The notes beneath the pieces are model-generated. The model made no database searches. It saw only the letters and a list, made by a program, of their open reading frames with translations, and had not been told where the DNA came from. Of a stretch of 64,000 bases of DNA, positions 63,057 to 64,000 are shown one piece after another (the stretch's first letter is position 1; each line of letters opens with the position of its first letter). The stretch is from positions 1 to 64,000 of the forward strand of contig JAQBUT010000006.1 of the NCBI GenBank assembly GCA_027623195.1. Reading direction: 5' to 3'. This DNA is from Chloroflexota bacterium. Its GTDB lineage: Bacteria; Chloroflexota; Dehalococcoidia; Lucifugimonadales; JADFKI01. Both the position numbers and the translations under genes were made by a program.

Positions 63057-64000
63057 CTACCGCACACGCTGCACGACGCGGCGGATGGCATCGACTAACT
63101 CGTCGACCTCGGCCTCGGTGGTGAGCGCGCTGAGGGCGCCGTGGCAGGCTGCCTGCAACAACACTCCTTCGTTCAGCAGGCCGGTGAAAACTGCCTTCTG
63201 CATTGTGTGGTCACTGCGCACTACATCTCTATAGTTCACAACCTCGTCGGCGGTGAAGTGCATCCCAAACATGGAGCCGATACCTGTCACCTGCACATCC
63301 ACCTCCAGTTCGTCGAAAACCGCCCGCAGCTTCTGTCGCAGCATCTCCCCCAAGGCGTTCATGCGATCGTATACCTCAGGCGTCAGGTGATTCATCACCA
63401 CTTCGCCCGCCAGCATCGTCATAGGATTGGCATTGAACGTCCCGGCGTGGGCCATGGCATCGCCCTTGGTAGGGTCGAACTGGTCCATGATGTCCCGCCG
63501 ACCTCCGAAGGCCCCCACCGCCATGCCGCCGCCTATTATTTTCCCAAAGGTCGTCATGTCCGGTATAACGCCGAACGCCTCCTGCGCGCCGCCAGGAGCC
63601 AGCCGAAAGCTCTGGACCTCATCGAAGATGAGCACCATGTCCAGTTCTTCGGTTATCTTGCGCATGCCCTGAAGATAGTCCCGCTTGCCGGGCAGGTATC
63701 CAAAGTGAGACACGATGGGTTCCATAATGACGCACCCAATCTCATCCTTGTGCTGGCGCAGAACGCGTTGGCTCGTCTCAAGGTCGTTGAACGGCAGCAC
63801 GAACACGTCCTCCGCGATGCTGGGCGGCTGACCCGCATGCTCGGGGATAGGCGTGGTCTCATTGGGGTCCAGCTTATCGGCGGACGGGTATACGCTGACG
63901 GATACGTACTCATGAGAGCCGTGGTAGCCGCCCTCAATCTTGGCAATTTTATGTCTGCCGGTGAAGGCCCGGGCCGCCCTGATGGCCATCATAGTGCCCT
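63057..64000 (-). CDS. Class III PLP aminotransferase, glutamate-1-semialdehyde aminomutase-like (5' part outside window)
   Basis: 'AIRAARAFTGR', 'GGYHG', 'LIFDEV', 'GKIIGGG', 'GTFN.NP'. Confidence 0.92.
   Translation of the reverse strand, partial: GTMMAIRAARAFTGRHKIAKIEGGYHGSHEYVSVSVYPSADKLDPNETTPIPEHAGQPPSIAEDVFVLPFNDLETSQRVLRQHKDEIGCVIMEPIVSHFGYLPGKRDYLQGMRKITEELDMVLIFDEVQSFRLAPGGAQEAFGVIPDMTTFGKIIGGGMAVGAFGGRRDIMDQFDPTKGDAMAHAGTFNANPMTMLAGEVVMNHLTPEVYDRMNALGEMLRQKLRAVFDELEVDVQVTGIGSMFGMHFTADEVVNYRDVVRSDHTMQKAVFTGLLNEGVLLQAACHGALSALTTEAEVDELVDAIRRVVQRVR

Overview
This 64 kb window looks like chromosomal DNA from a Chloroflexota bacterium, most likely Dehalococcoidia/SAR202-like. That assignment is inferred from gene content: a YYY/DUF2298 membrane protein, F420 genes cofC/cofD, and several LLM, DDN, SDR, GMC and CoA-transferase genes. 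Housekeeping genes (gyrB, ligA, recF, cysM, amtB-glnK, msrA, add, tRNA-Ser) are interspersed with small accessory islets. The strongest candidate for an undescribed system is at 39.5-44.2 kb. A 1083-aa STAND-ATPase/TPR/wHTH-BTAD regulator is followed by a 34-aa ORF absent from the ORF track (43106-43210, strong RBS) that is a signal peptide plus the tail GNWD, which resembles an RRNPP-like receptor/peptide-pheromone pair outside Firmicutes. Other points of note: a structured ~200-nt leader before amtB-glnK (whose PII lacks Tyr51), apparent ATT and CTG start codons (recF, zinc-ribbon gene), a missed SEC-C microprotein, a SigK/RskA pair with a second surface-anchored RskA-like protein, an LprG/P55-like pair, a frameshifted MuF-like gene, and REP-like palindromes. 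No CRISPR array, rRNA, integrase or transposase was seen. All family calls come from motif recognition by eye; no searches were run.
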